Assembly: GCF_006345805.1 (NCBI RefSeq)
Contig: NC_043006.1
Location: 16,244,001-16,308,000 of the forward strand
DNA from: Octopus sinensis
Taxonomy: Eukaryota
Length of the DNA: 64,000 nt
Direction of reading: 5' to 3'
Positions 50,782 to 62,880 of this stretch are shown here, in pieces. The notes under the pieces were generated by a model that did no database searches, was not told the DNA's origin, and was given only the letters and a program-made list of their open reading frames with translations. Positions within the stretch are counted from its first letter, which is position 1; every line of letters starts with the position of its first letter. The position numbers were made by a program, and so were the translations under genes.

Positions 50782-51555
50782 TAATATGTTCCGGAAGATC
50801 CGAACGTGAATATGCTAATCCTCGTGGATCTTTTCGGTTTGAACGGCAGTTTTTAAAAATAATTTCTAGGTAACTAAAAAATTTTAACTTCGTATACTGG
50901 TAGAATGTGTTTATAAAACATCTTTTTCTCTTGGCTTTATTGAGAAAATTCTATAGTTTGTTAAATATTTGTTGTTGTTTTTTTTTCTTCAATTTCTTCA
51001 ATTTCAACCAATCAATTACGTCCATTGAGGTAAAAAAAAAAAACATTCTGTGCCGTATGAATATGTCCCTCGTTTCAGAAACAGATTGGGTTTATTTACA
51101 TTTGTGAAGAAAAAAAGATACCCTTCCCCCCACCCCTAATCCTAACCCTAACCCTAAAGCATATAGAAATGCAATAGATCGATACTAGGGTCATAATTAT
51201 GGGTAACAATTTCATATGACACCGCTAGAAAAAACTGCCGTTCAAACCGAAAAGATCCATCCTCGTTGTATTTCACCATTGGAGAAAATCTTTTTTCAGA
51301 CGAATATTTGTACATGATACAGATATTCACTAGTGTAAGGATACTTTGGAACACAGTGTTTCGAACTTGTTTTGTCTCCTCAACAGTCATTAGTCTAGCG
51401 GCCGAGGAGACACATGTTGGAAGCACCGGAAAACACCCCTTACTCTAATTGACCGCGTTATGAACACACATTCAGCTGAAATGAGAAATTGTCTTCCAAT
51501 GACCAAATACAACAGCGATTAGCATATTCACGTTAGAATCAGCCGGAATATACTA
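50782..51555. mobile_element. Older MITE with degenerate about 39-bp TIRs and TA ends, hosting a nested MITE
   Basis: aacgtgaatatgctaatc (50803-50820) is inverted at 51517-51534, and similarity extends outward. Confidence 0.6.
50826..51258. mobile_element. MITE with 29-bp perfect TIRs, GG..CC ends and 8-bp TSD (Merlin-like)
   Basis: TIR ggatcttttcggtttgaacggcagttttt; TSD atcctcgt at 50818-50825 and 51259-51266. Confidence 0.93.
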
Positions 51556-52219
51556 AGAATAAATATAAATGTCATCGTTTTGATTCTCGTTATTCAGTAT
51601 TGCACAAAAGGATTAATTAAATTTTAAAGTCTCAGTATGAAACTTTTATGTAATGTTATTTGCTTTTAATCTGTGGACACACTGTCTCTAATGTAGACGA
51701 ATCTACCCGTTTACCTCAGGGTAGGGTACCCCTCACCCGCAGACGAAGCTTCGCCATCACTTAAATTTGAAACTATCTACAAGTTATATCTTTACGCGTC
51801 CACATGAAAAGAACAGGTTTAAGTCTTAAAACCAGTGAGGAAATTACTGTGTCACCTATGGATTTCTTAATTTAAAGGATCACATTTTTCTTGGGACAAC
51901 AGAATTCCTACAGGTTCGTATGAACTTATAATTTGCCGCTTATACTAAAAGAGTTTCCCCATCCCCAGTTTCTATAAATGGCACATTTCATTTCTTGGTT
52001 TACCTTCTTTTTTGCTGTGGCTTTTGGTTGTTGTTGTTTTTCTTTGTTTTTTGTTTGTTTGCTTGTTTTTGTTTTTTTCTTGTTTTTTTCCGTATTCCGC
52101 TTTTAGAAAAGATGTTTGAAAAATGTTTGGAAGAAATTTATATGCCAGAAATGTAGTATAAGCTAGTCCGAAGAGCAAGTTTTAAACAACGTGGTAGTTC
52201 AAACGGCTAAAGACAATAT

Positions 52220-53304
52220 TGTTACGAAATCCCAAAGTTGTTACGGAATCCCACCTGCCGTCGCTCGAACTCGAACCCGGGATCCCAACAAGTCGAGCGA
52301 CGACGATTGACCAGGCTCGATCGATCGGAAAGTTCACCACGGAACTCAGAGAGGAGAGAGATAACGACAACAACAGCAGCAGGAAGAGACACAGAGGCAA
52401 TCGGCTTACATTTAACCTACTAGTTTATATGACTATTACAACAAATACAATGTGATACATCAGGTAAATACAAGCAACAGAATCAACAGCATGCAGATGC
52501 AATATAACAACAGCATTTAAAGAAAACAACAAATCAATACATTATACAATGTTCATGTCACAAATAATTCACGTTACAATTAACGTACACATTAACGATA
52601 CAGTTCAGAGTTCTTTTCAGTCTTTAAAGACTATATCAGAGTCTTTCTTTTTCTCTCTTTCTTCTTTCTCCTTTTTTTTGTAACACGTATCAATACATTC
52701 TTTTTACATAATTCACATATCAACACAATTCACAATGTTCGATTCTTTAACATAATGTCTTTATACATTTCTTTTCCAGCCTTTTAGCACTGTTCTTTCT
52801 TTTCCACAACAATTCTGAACATAAATACCACAACTTTTTCCTTTTTTTTCTTCACATATCAAAACATAATTAAACACATACCGTACAACAGCCAATGCCT
52901 CACACCGTAGTCCATCTCTATTAGCTGCTTAATCCTATTGTATGTCTTCCTCAACCCCTCATCCTCTCACTCTACTGTCATACTCTCGTGACTGTCTTCC
53001 TCTTTCAGTACACTGTCACAGCAGAACAGCCACTGCTAAATCCCAACTGCCAATTGCCCTTTCATCTCTCACAGCAGAAACAACTTGCTCTGTCCTCGAC
53101 TGACTTGCCTCTCGCAGAGTTTCCGGCCGACTGTGTTTACAGCTCAAAGTTCCTCCTTTTTAAGGGGTGTTTACAACGAACTTTCCCTGACCGGCACAAG
53201 GCCAAAGGTCCCCTAAAAGCTCATTACTCCTTCGTGAATCCGACAGAACAATCGGTTTATCCCAAAAGTAGGTCGCAATCAACTGTCCCTAAGTTGAACT
53301 CACA
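52220..53304. mobile_element. Candidate solo LTR (TGT..ACA, 4-bp ATAT TSD)
   Basis: atat|tgttacg at 52216-52226 and ctcaca|atat at 53299-53308; interior is non-microsatellite and partly GC-richer. Confidence 0.45.
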
Positions 53305-53331
53305 ATATTATATAATACTTGTACAAAACTA

Positions 53332-53830
53332 AGGCGGCGAGATGGCAGAACCGTTAACACGCCGGGCAAAATGCTTGGCGGCATTTCATTCGTATTTACA
53401 TTTAGAGTTCTAATTCTGCCAAAGTTGACTTTTGCTTTCATCCTTTCGGAGTCGATAAATTAAATACCAGTTGAGCACTGGCGTCGACGATGTAAGTCGA
53501 TTACATTGTTCAAGGCGAGCTGGCAGAATCAATAGCACGGTTGGGTCGATGTCATCGACTTACCACCTCTACTACAATTGCTGGCCTTGTGCCAAAATTT
53601 GTAGCCAATATTTATACAAGGTTAAGGCAGCGAGCTGGCACGCCGAGCAAAATGCTTAGTGGCATCTCGTTTGTCTCTACGTTCTGAGTTTCAATTCAAC
53701 CCGAAGTCGACTTTGCTCTTCATCATTCGGGATTGATAAAATAAGTACCAGGCGAGCACTGGGATTGATGTAATCGACTTATTCCTCTCTTGAAATTGTT
53801 GGCCTTGTACCAAAATTCGAAGACAATATC
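53332..53830 (+). mobile_element. Cluster of diverged SINE family A fragments
   Basis: Repeated heads aaggcggcgag(a/c)tggcagaa and B boxes. Confidence 0.75.
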
Positions 53831-54435
53831 TGTGCAAGACTAACCATTTGCAAAAGACTGACTGCATGAAAAACTAACCACAGAAATCTATCCCACCGAA
53901 CTAAAAGCTGCAAAGCTCTACAAATTCAATTATCCATTAATCATTAATTTTCTTTATTAACAATTCATTATAAACTGAAATTTAATAATACTGAATGCTT
54001 TTAAAATAATAGACTTTGTGTCAGAAATATTTCAGAATAATTGCAACTCACAGCAAGTAGCATCTGCCAACTTATTGTCTTTCTTAACAGAAATACTAAC
54101 AGTTACAAGCGAATCTCATACTCAGAGATTACACTAGGAGAAGAAAACTCTGAAAGAAAACCTACGACACTAACAATATTCGATGAAGTAGACTAGTTCT
54201 TTTTTTCGAGTTTATGTTGTCCACGTTCAGTGAGTGGGATTGGATTGGTGCAAATCCTTTCTCCCCCACTATCAAAAATCATTATGCGCAGGCATCGCTT
54301 GAAAAGAAAAAGTAAGACTTATCACAAAAATGGCTGGTCGTAGCTTTCGTATATGTGGGACTTTCGATCAGGTGAAGACAATATTCGTACACGAGTTTGG
54401 AGCCATCATATATATGCGTGTATATGTGTATGAAC

Positions 54436-54478
<43 letters not shown>

Positions 54479-54648
54479 TGTGTTTGTGTTTGTGTGTGTG
54501 TGGGTGGGTATACACAAGATATATACAGGCAATAAACACAAGAAAAACAGAATGGGTCTGCAAAAAAGATGACGATAATGACGATAATTATTACGATGAT
54601 GATAGTGGGATGCGATGATGATGACAACGATGATGAATACGATGAAGA

Positions 54649-54682
<34 letters not shown>

Positions 54683-55294
54683 CGGGGGGTACGACAGATG
54701 CGGTGGCAGCGAGATTAGGAAGATGATGATGATAATGATAAGGTTATTGTAAATGAACAAAGACAAGCTGTAGGGTATCTGAAGAAATTCCTAATTCGTA
54801 TTTTTTCATGTTTTTTTTATACATTATTTATTCTTTAGTTTTGATTGTTTCCTCGAAGCCCCTTTTTTTTTATTCCTATATGACATTGTGGGTTTTTTTA
54901 CACCATTTCCTACACACACACGCATGTACATACATACTCACACTCATGTAAGCATATATATATATATATGCATGAATGTGTGTATATGGGTATATACATA
55001 TATATATATACATATATATATATACATATATATATATACATATATGAATATATATGTACATATATGAATATATATATGTATATATATATGTATATATATG
55101 CATATATATATATATATGAATATATATATGTATATATATGCATATATATATATATATAATATATATATATATATGTACATATACATATATATATGTACAT
55201 ATATGCATATATATATATGTACATATACATACATATATTCATATATGCATATATATATATATATTCATGTGTGTGTGTGTTTGTATATTATATA

Positions 55295-55367
<73 letters not shown>

Positions 55368-55848
55368 TGCGTGTGTATCTGTGTGTATATATATGGGCGA
55401 GTGTGTGCGTATGTATATATATATGTATGTATGTATGTTTTTATGTATGTATGTTACATTATTTTGTATTTTCATGGTCTTTTGTATTTTTTTCTTCTTT
55501 CCTTAGTTTTCCTTATTTATTTATTTATTTACTACCCTCCGGTTTCTTTTTTTTTTTTCCAGCTTCACGTAATTTTTTGTTTCTATCTTCAAACTAGGTT
55601 TTAACATCTTATTAGATCTCTCTTCACACGAAGCAAAAAAAAACAAATGGAAATAATTGAGGCAAAACCCACTAATATAATTGGAAATTTTAAGAGATAC
55701 TAGTTAAGTAAATAAAAGGAATAATTATAAAAATAACTAAATAAAGATATAACTATATATATATATATATATATATATGTAGGTCTCGGGTTGATTCGGG
55801 GTTAACCACAGTAAATAAGCTACTCAATACATAGCAGAGTAAAATTAA

Positions 55849-55996
55849 TTTATTATATAGAAGGAGCTTCTACAGGACTAGAACTGTTTCATTCAAGAGA
55901 AATCTTCAGAAATCTTCAGAAATCTTCAGGAACCTGCTTCCTGAAGATTTCTCTTGAATGAAACAGTTCTAGTCCTGTAGAAGCTCCTTCTATATA

Positions 55997-56001
<5 letters not shown>
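55849..56001. repeat. Near-perfect hairpin containing a hammerhead 3' half in both arms
   Basis: Arms of about 60 bp, 9-nt loop, 10-bp unit aaatcttcag triplicated on the left. The right arm reads CUGAAGA u UUC-UCUU-GAA u GAAAC..GUC CUGUAG. Confidence 0.8.
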
Positions 56002-56038
<37 letters not shown>

Positions 56039-56114
56039 TATAATCACTATCGGTTTCTGATCAATTCACCAAACAAACAACGTTTCGAGGCTTATAATAG
56101 AATGTTTTATGTAT

Positions 56115-56954
56115 TCTTTTACTCTTTTACTTGTTTCAGTCATTTGACTGTGGCCATACTGGAGCACCGCCTTTAGTCGAGCAAATCGACCCCGGGACTT
56201 ATTCTTTGTAGGCTTGGTACTTATTCTGTCGGTCTCTTTTTGCCGAACCGCTAAGTGGCGGCGACGTAAACACACCAGCATCGGTTGTCAAGCAATGCTA
56301 GGGGGACAAACACAGACACACAAACATGTATATATATACGTACATATATACGACGGGCTTCTTTCAGTTTCCGTCTACCAAATCCACTCACAAGGCTTTG
56401 GTTGGCCCGAGGCTATAGTAGAAGACACATGCCCAAGATGCCACGCAGTGGGACTGAACCCGGAACCATGTGGTTGGTAAGCAACCTACTTACCACACAG
56501 CCACTCCTGCGCCTATGTATGTGTATATTCTTTTACTCTTTTACTTGTTTCAGTCATTTGACTGTAGCCATGCTGGAGCACCGCCTTTAGTCGAGCAAAT
56601 CGACCCCAGGACTTATTCTTTGTAGGCTTGGTACTTATTCTGTCGGTCTCTTTTTGCCGAACTGCTAAGTTTCGGGGACGTAAACACACCAGCATCAGGT
56701 TGTCAAGCGATGTTGGGTGGGTGGGGGGACAAACACAGACACACAAACATATATACACATGCATATATATATACATACATATACATATATACGACGGGCT
56801 TCTTTCAGTTTCCGTCTGCCAAATCCACTCACAAGGCTTTGGTCGGCCCGAGGCAATAGTAGAAGACACTCGCCCATGGTTCCACGCAGTGGGACTGAAC
56901 CCAAAACCATGTGGTTCGTAAGCAAGCTACTTACCACACAGCCACTCCTACGCC
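56115..56954 (-). mobile_element. Two tandem SINE family B copies (56115-56514, 56528-56954)
   Basis: Sequence match. Confidence 0.9.
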
Positions 56955-57995
56955 TATACAGTCACTTCTACGTCTATGTATATATGTGTATGTATCTACA
57001 TATATTATCTTCACTTTTCAGTATTAGGTTAATATATTTTTGAACCGTTGTTTAGCAAGTGCTGTCTGAGAGAGTATGCGATATTCGAAGGCTATTTGCA
57101 CTGATCTGAAGCACCTACCTCCTTTAGCTAGAGCCTGTCGATATCACTATTTTTGTGGAGATCTCCAGGTGATCTTGTGGATTTTAATGTCTACGAAGTG
57201 GATTTCGTTTACAGACGAATCAAGTATCTCAAATGTTATAATCAGCTCTGTTACTGAAAATGCATTGTGGGATATTGTCTTGTTGCAAGAGGGAAGTTTG
57301 GACTGCCGTATGTATGTATGTATGGATGTATGTATGTATGTATGTATGTATGTATGTATGTATGTATGTATGTATGTGGGTAGGTAGGTAGGTAGGTAGG
57401 TAGGTAGGTAGGTAGGTAGGTAGATAGATAGGTAGGTAGGTAGGTATTGGAGTTCTGCTTGTCTAGGATCTCGTACCAACATTGTAAACATGAAAACGTT
57501 ACTACCTGAAAGAGAAACTTTAACTACTTAAGAATACACAAAATTTATTACATTGCGTTTTTCCCATTTATTTCTTAAATGTACAACCTAACAAGTGTCA
57601 AAATTTTTCGTCTCACCTCTCTCATCTTTCTGATTGATGCAGTGAAATTGCATCAGTGACAGGTTGCAGAAATGCCACGAAAATTTTGACAATTACTAGT
57701 AGTTTGAATAGGATGAGAAAATCTCCCATATTTCACAGGGCCATTGATGACAACAGTGTCTTGATGTAGTTAATATTTTACCGATTTTGGGTTTTTTGTT
57801 TTTTTGTTTTTAATAATAACAACTTATTGCATACAGTACTCAGACGCAATACAACTCATCAGAAACTGTAGTTAAAATAACGAAGTTTCCTTGAGAAAAC
57901 ATTCTTCGTGGAAAATGGCGATTTGACGTCTATATCTAGCATATAGGCTGTCCACTTTTAGTGGTCAGTCTTCTAAATTTTGTATATATATATAT

Positions 57996-58545
57996 AATGA
58001 AAATAGTAATGCAATACGAGAGTATTGCTTTCCAGGATAGCCTGTGAGGGTAAAATTATACATAAAAGTAAATAAATGGTACAACGAAGCACCGATATTT
58101 ACTGGAAAATAGTGAACATAATAAATACGACGCTAACGTATAGCTTCACTGCGTATGTACTAGTAAAGATGCGTGTGTGCAACAAACATGAAAAAAATTG
58201 TCTTACCTCTAGGAAGAACATCTGAAAAATGAAAAACCTAGATAACGGATAATGCAGTACCGGTTTCGGATTTTTCAAAATACGCTTGCCAAACGTATAT
58301 TTGATTTATCTTCATCAGCTGCATAAACCTCGACAATATTTCAAACGTTGCCACATCTATGCCAGTACACTCGTCTGAACGCCAAAACGTTAACAGAACG
58401 AGAACAGTGAAGAAGTTTCAATGAAAATAGTAATGCAATACGAGAGTATTGCTTACCAGTAAAAGATAGCCCGTGTGGGTAAAATTTATTACGTTCGCTA
58501 TTTTCCAGTAAATATCGGTGCTTCGTTGTACCATTTATTTACTTT

Positions 58546-58553
<8 letters not shown>
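57996..58553 (-). mobile_element. Hammerhead-bearing unit with partial direct repeat (period 424 bp) and inverted terminal segment; Penelope-type architecture
   Basis: aatgaaaatagtaatgcaatacgagagtattgctt at 57996 and 58420; 58491-58553 is the reverse complement of 58058-58120; (TA)n on both sides. Confidence 0.8.
58252..58324 (-). ncRNA. Type-I hammerhead ribozyme
   Basis: AUGCAG CUGAUGA a GAU..UCAAA..AUACG/CGUAU..UUUGA..AUC c GAA ACCGGU A CUGCAU; perfect 6-bp stem I, GUA triplet. Confidence 0.82.
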
Positions 58554-58593
<40 letters not shown>

Positions 58594-59317
58594 CATACAC
58601 GTATATATATATATATACATACATTATGAATACATACATGCATACATATATACATATGCACGTATGCATAGATACATGCGTGTGTGTGAGTGTGTTTATT
58701 GACGTCGTAAGAATTTATAAACTGTTTTCGAGAACGTAGAGGAATAATTCTTTTAGGGAATTGGATCTTGAAGTCAATTTAAAACTATAAATAATAGAAC
58801 GCAAATATTGGGTTGAAAATTCCTTTGGGATAGAAAAAGTCCCAAGAGCAGGCTTTGATATTTTCTATTGAAAAGGGTTTTGTAACCTAATACACATTTA
58901 CATGCTATTATCTCTAAGTCTTATATGTAACTTCGAGATTCAATTCCAATACACATACACACACGCACGCACACACACACACACTATATATATAACTAAT
59001 ATAGGATAAAAAAATTTTCGGGAAAAAAATTTTATCAATGGCCAGCATATCAAAAAATACCTTTAAAGGTTAAATTCATAAATAATTTACAAAATAAGGG
59101 CAAAAGAAAAATTCTAATGACAGATATGCCGAAAAAAGACAAAAATTGTCAATAACCATTATAATTTATGCGTCTCGAAACAAACCGATAGAAATTTCTA
59201 AAAAATCCGTTATTACCGTATTGGTCCCAATTTCGGGGTTAATTCATAAGAATTTTCCCCTCTTCAGCGATAAATACATAATTATGTAAATATATATATA
59301 TATATATATATATATAG

Positions 59318-59610
59318 TCGCAGGATTGGTTTGGTTGTGTGGTAAGAAGCTTGCTTACCAACCACATGGTTTCAGGTTCAGTCCCACTGTTCGGCACCTT
59401 GAGCAAGTGTCTTCTACTATAACCTCGGGCCGATCAATGCCTTGTGAATGGATTTGGTAAACAGAAACTGAAAGAAGCCCGTGGTGTATATATGTGTGTG
59501 TGTGTGTTTGTGTTTGTCCTCCCACCATCGCTTGACAACCGACTTGGTTCGACTAAAGGTGGTGCTCCAGCATGGCCGTAGTCAAATGACTGAAACAAAT
59601 AAGAGAATAA
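59318..59610 (+). mobile_element. SINE family B with internal deletion
   Basis: Sequence match. Confidence 0.8.
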
Positions 59611-59618
59611 AAGAAAGG

Positions 59619-60677
59619 GGATATTTGTGGTTTTCGTCACTGTTTACAATTATCTTTAAAACGTATCATATGGATGTAATTTATGACGATGAATCCGAAT
59701 TTGTTATTTATTTACTCCAGAAAAATCTTGCTAAAATGTTACAGGTGTTCAAAGTTTTCAGAATTTCCAGCCAATCAGAAAACAGGTGTCTCTTCGATCA
59801 TCAGTGGGGTCGGGGGAGTATCGGCATGACAAAACATTAAACTAGCTAGAGTAAACAGTGAAAAACATGAAAGCGTTCGATGGCAAATTAAATATTCAAA
59901 AGCTACGAACAAAACAATAGGAATTGCAAGAAATAACAGTCAAAACATTAAGATATACACGAGAAAAGTTAACATTAAAACATTCGCGAGTAAATTAAAT
60001 ATTTAAAAGCTACGAACAAACCAACAGGGATTGCTATAAATAACAGTCAAAACATTAGTACGTTTATATATTTGTTGTGCAAGATTTTTTATGTGAAGTC
60101 GTGTGTTGAAACAGATATTGTTACATTTCGGAATGGTCATTTTGCCAGTTTAGCCAATAAACATTGTTTAAAACAAACATTTATTAGTTAAAAACTTCAA
60201 GAACGAAAGTTTGCAATACACTCTAAGATTTTTAAAATAAATTATCTTTCTCGTATCTCCTTCTCCAGAAAGGAAAGGCTTATAGCTGTGGCCATCGTTT
60301 TAGAATCGAACTCCTTCTGTTATGAAAATAAACAATTATACAACACGTGGTGGTTACACTCCTTGTGCGCATGCGCAACATCTTTCATTACTATGGGAAC
60401 AAGGTTCTTCGCAATTAGCCATGCAACATGTGGTGCTTCTGTGCTGTGGTTACTATGGAAACAGAATTCTTCGTCATGGTGGTGTGTAAAATGCTCGCTT
60501 TTGATTTGCTAAAATACCCAAATTTTGCAGATTTTAAAGGCTAATAACTTTTTCATTATGGGTTTATAGGAAAGATGAATTTCCTTTTCATAATTAGTAT
60601 ACAAAACTTAATCCATATACCAAATTTGAAAGCAATTGGAACAAAATTGTAAACAGTGACGAAAACCACAAAGATCC
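59619..60677. mobile_element. 1.06-kb non-autonomous DNA transposon, 33-bp TIRs, GG..CC ends, about 8-bp TSD (Merlin-like)
   Basis: ggat(a/c)tttgtggttttcgtcactgtttacaatt at both ends (32/33); flanks aagaaagg and aagaaaag. Confidence 0.85.
60366..60462. promoter_or_regulatory. NRF1-type palindrome plus two RFX X-box-like motifs inside the MITE
   Basis: TGCGCATGCGCA 60366-60377; ATTACTATGGGAAC 60387-60400; GTTACTATGGAAAC 60449-60462 (exact GTHNYYATRRNAAC). Function untested. Confidence 0.4.
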
Positions 60678-60698
60678 AAGAAAAGAAATATATATGGT

Positions 60699-61770
60699 CC
60701 CACTCCCGAACTATACGGCCGTTATACTGACGACTCCATCGGTGCAACCTCGCTCTCCCGCGAACATCTAGACTCCTTCCTCTCTTTTGTCAAATCTTTC
60801 CATCCTGCCCTCCACTTCTCCTGCTCTATCTCTGACACTTCTGTCTCCTTTCTTCACATTTTGGTCAGCATTCATCACTCCACCCTTACCACCTCCATCC
60901 ACTACAAACACACAGACTCACACTCATATCGCAACTTCCCTTCCTCCCAACCTAAAGACACCAAGCTCTCCATCCCTATTCCCAATTCCTCCGTCTACGC
61001 AGGCTCTGCAGTAACGACCATGACTTTGAGAATCAGTCTCAACTCGTGGCTCGCCACTTCATCTTACGAGGATATCCCTACACCTCTATCTACACCGCCC
61101 TTGCCAGAGCACTTCTGTGGACCATGCATCTGCTCTCTCCCCCTGCACCCGCCCCGTCGTCTCCTGTCTCCCTTTTCCCCTCACCTACCACCCCACTACC
61201 CTACCTCTCCGCACCATCTGGACTCCCGTCTTGCCGTGAACAGAGATTAATCTTCTCTCTTCGCCCATTTGCTCCACATGGGCTCAACTCTCCTCCCCGC
61301 TTCATCTAACCCTCCCCCTCTTTCCTCACTTCCTCTCTCGCCTACTTCCTCCCACCCACCTCTCCTCTCTTGCTCCGACTCCTACTTCTCTTCACTCCTA
61401 CACTCCTTCTCTCTTCTCTTCACTCCTACCCACCTTCTCCCTTCCTCCTCTCCCTCATCGTCACCCTTCCCTCGTAACCTCACCCCTACACAATCCGACC
61501 CCACCTTCCCTATCCATCTCATCTCACCCCCACCCCATTCCTTACACCCATTCCCACATACCCCACATACCCACCTCTACCCCACCCTCAGCCTAACCCA
61601 TACCCCACCCTTGCTTTCTCCACTCTTGCCTCCCCCCATACTAGCTTTTTGGGATCATCACTACTTTATTATCTCCCCTTCTTCCTAGCTCTCCAGTGTG
61701 ACCCCTCTGTCCATCATTCGCCATGACAGATCTCTAGCCACTGCACATTCTTTATTTTCTCTTCCTGTTT
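60699..61770 (+). mobile_element. Penelope-like element fragment: RT C-terminus, deleted middle, GIY-YIG end, pyrimidine-rich 3' region
   Basis: YGRYTDD, FHPALHF, YKHTDSHSY, SQFLRLRRLCS..DF, RGYP; then EQRLIFSLRPFAPHGLN. Confidence 0.9.
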
Positions 61771-61781
61771 CTTTCTGTGTT

Positions 61782-61819
<38 letters not shown>

Positions 61820-61827
61820 GTATATAT

Positions 61828-61965
61828 GCGCAGGCGTGGCTTCCCAACCACATGGTTCCGAGTTCAGTCCCACTGCGCGGCACCTTGGGCGAGTGTTTTC
61901 TATAGCTTCGGGCCGACCATAGCTTTGTGAGTGGATTTGGTAGACAGAATCTGAAAGAAGCCCTG
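61828..61965 (+). mobile_element. SINE family B 5' part
   Basis: Sequence match. Confidence 0.75.
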
Positions 61966-62345
61966 TAATTTACACATTTCATATCTACCCCTCTGTCCAG
62001 CTGTCTGTCCATATACGTACATACCGCCATATAAAGGAAATTATATAGATACATGACCATGTGTATATATGTGGATGTGTGTGTGTGTGTGTATAGCGAT
62101 CTGAGTGTGTGTCTATATCCATAAACGTATATGCACACGCACATACACAAACACAGTCACACAAACATATATATTCGTGGTGATGGTGAAGGGCGTCTAT
62201 TTGTGCGCATATGTGAGGGGGTGGGGCGAGGAAGACTTATGGACACATAGCTAAAGAGAAATATGTGGATATATATTATGCTTCTGTATCTGTTCGCATG
62301 TGTAATCGTGTACGTATGTAAATACATACATGTGTGTGTATCATG

Positions 62346-62349
<4 letters not shown>

Positions 62350-62391
<42 letters not shown>

Positions 62392-62441
62392 TGTGTGTAT
62401 GTATGAATGTATATATATATGTATATATATATATATATGTA

Positions 62442-62501
<60 letters not shown>

Positions 62502-62519
62502 TGTGTGTATGTATGAATG

Positions 62520-62552
<33 letters not shown>

Positions 62553-62555
62553 GTA

Positions 62556-62611
<56 letters not shown>

Positions 62612-62680
62612 TGTGTGTATGTATGAATGTATATATATATATATATATATGTGTGTATATATGTATTATATATATATGTA

Positions 62681-62741
<61 letters not shown>

Positions 62742-62795
62742 ATATGTATATATGTGTGTATATATGTATATATATATGTGTGTATATATGTATAT

Positions 62796-62833
<38 letters not shown>

Positions 62834-62840
62834 ATATATG

Positions 62841-62872
<32 letters not shown>

Positions 62873-62880
62873 AATTACAT
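62350..62880. repeat. Compound (TA)n/(TG)n microsatellite with higher-order unit (TA)n-TGAGTGTGTGTATGTATGAATG x3
   Basis: Direct reading. Confidence 0.92.

Noticed and set aside
51135-51158. Telomere-like CCCTAA repeats, and TTAG-containing satellite at 31.8-32.3 kb
   Set aside because: Only two or three units inside a MITE; the satellite is (GT)n-derived, not TTAGGG.
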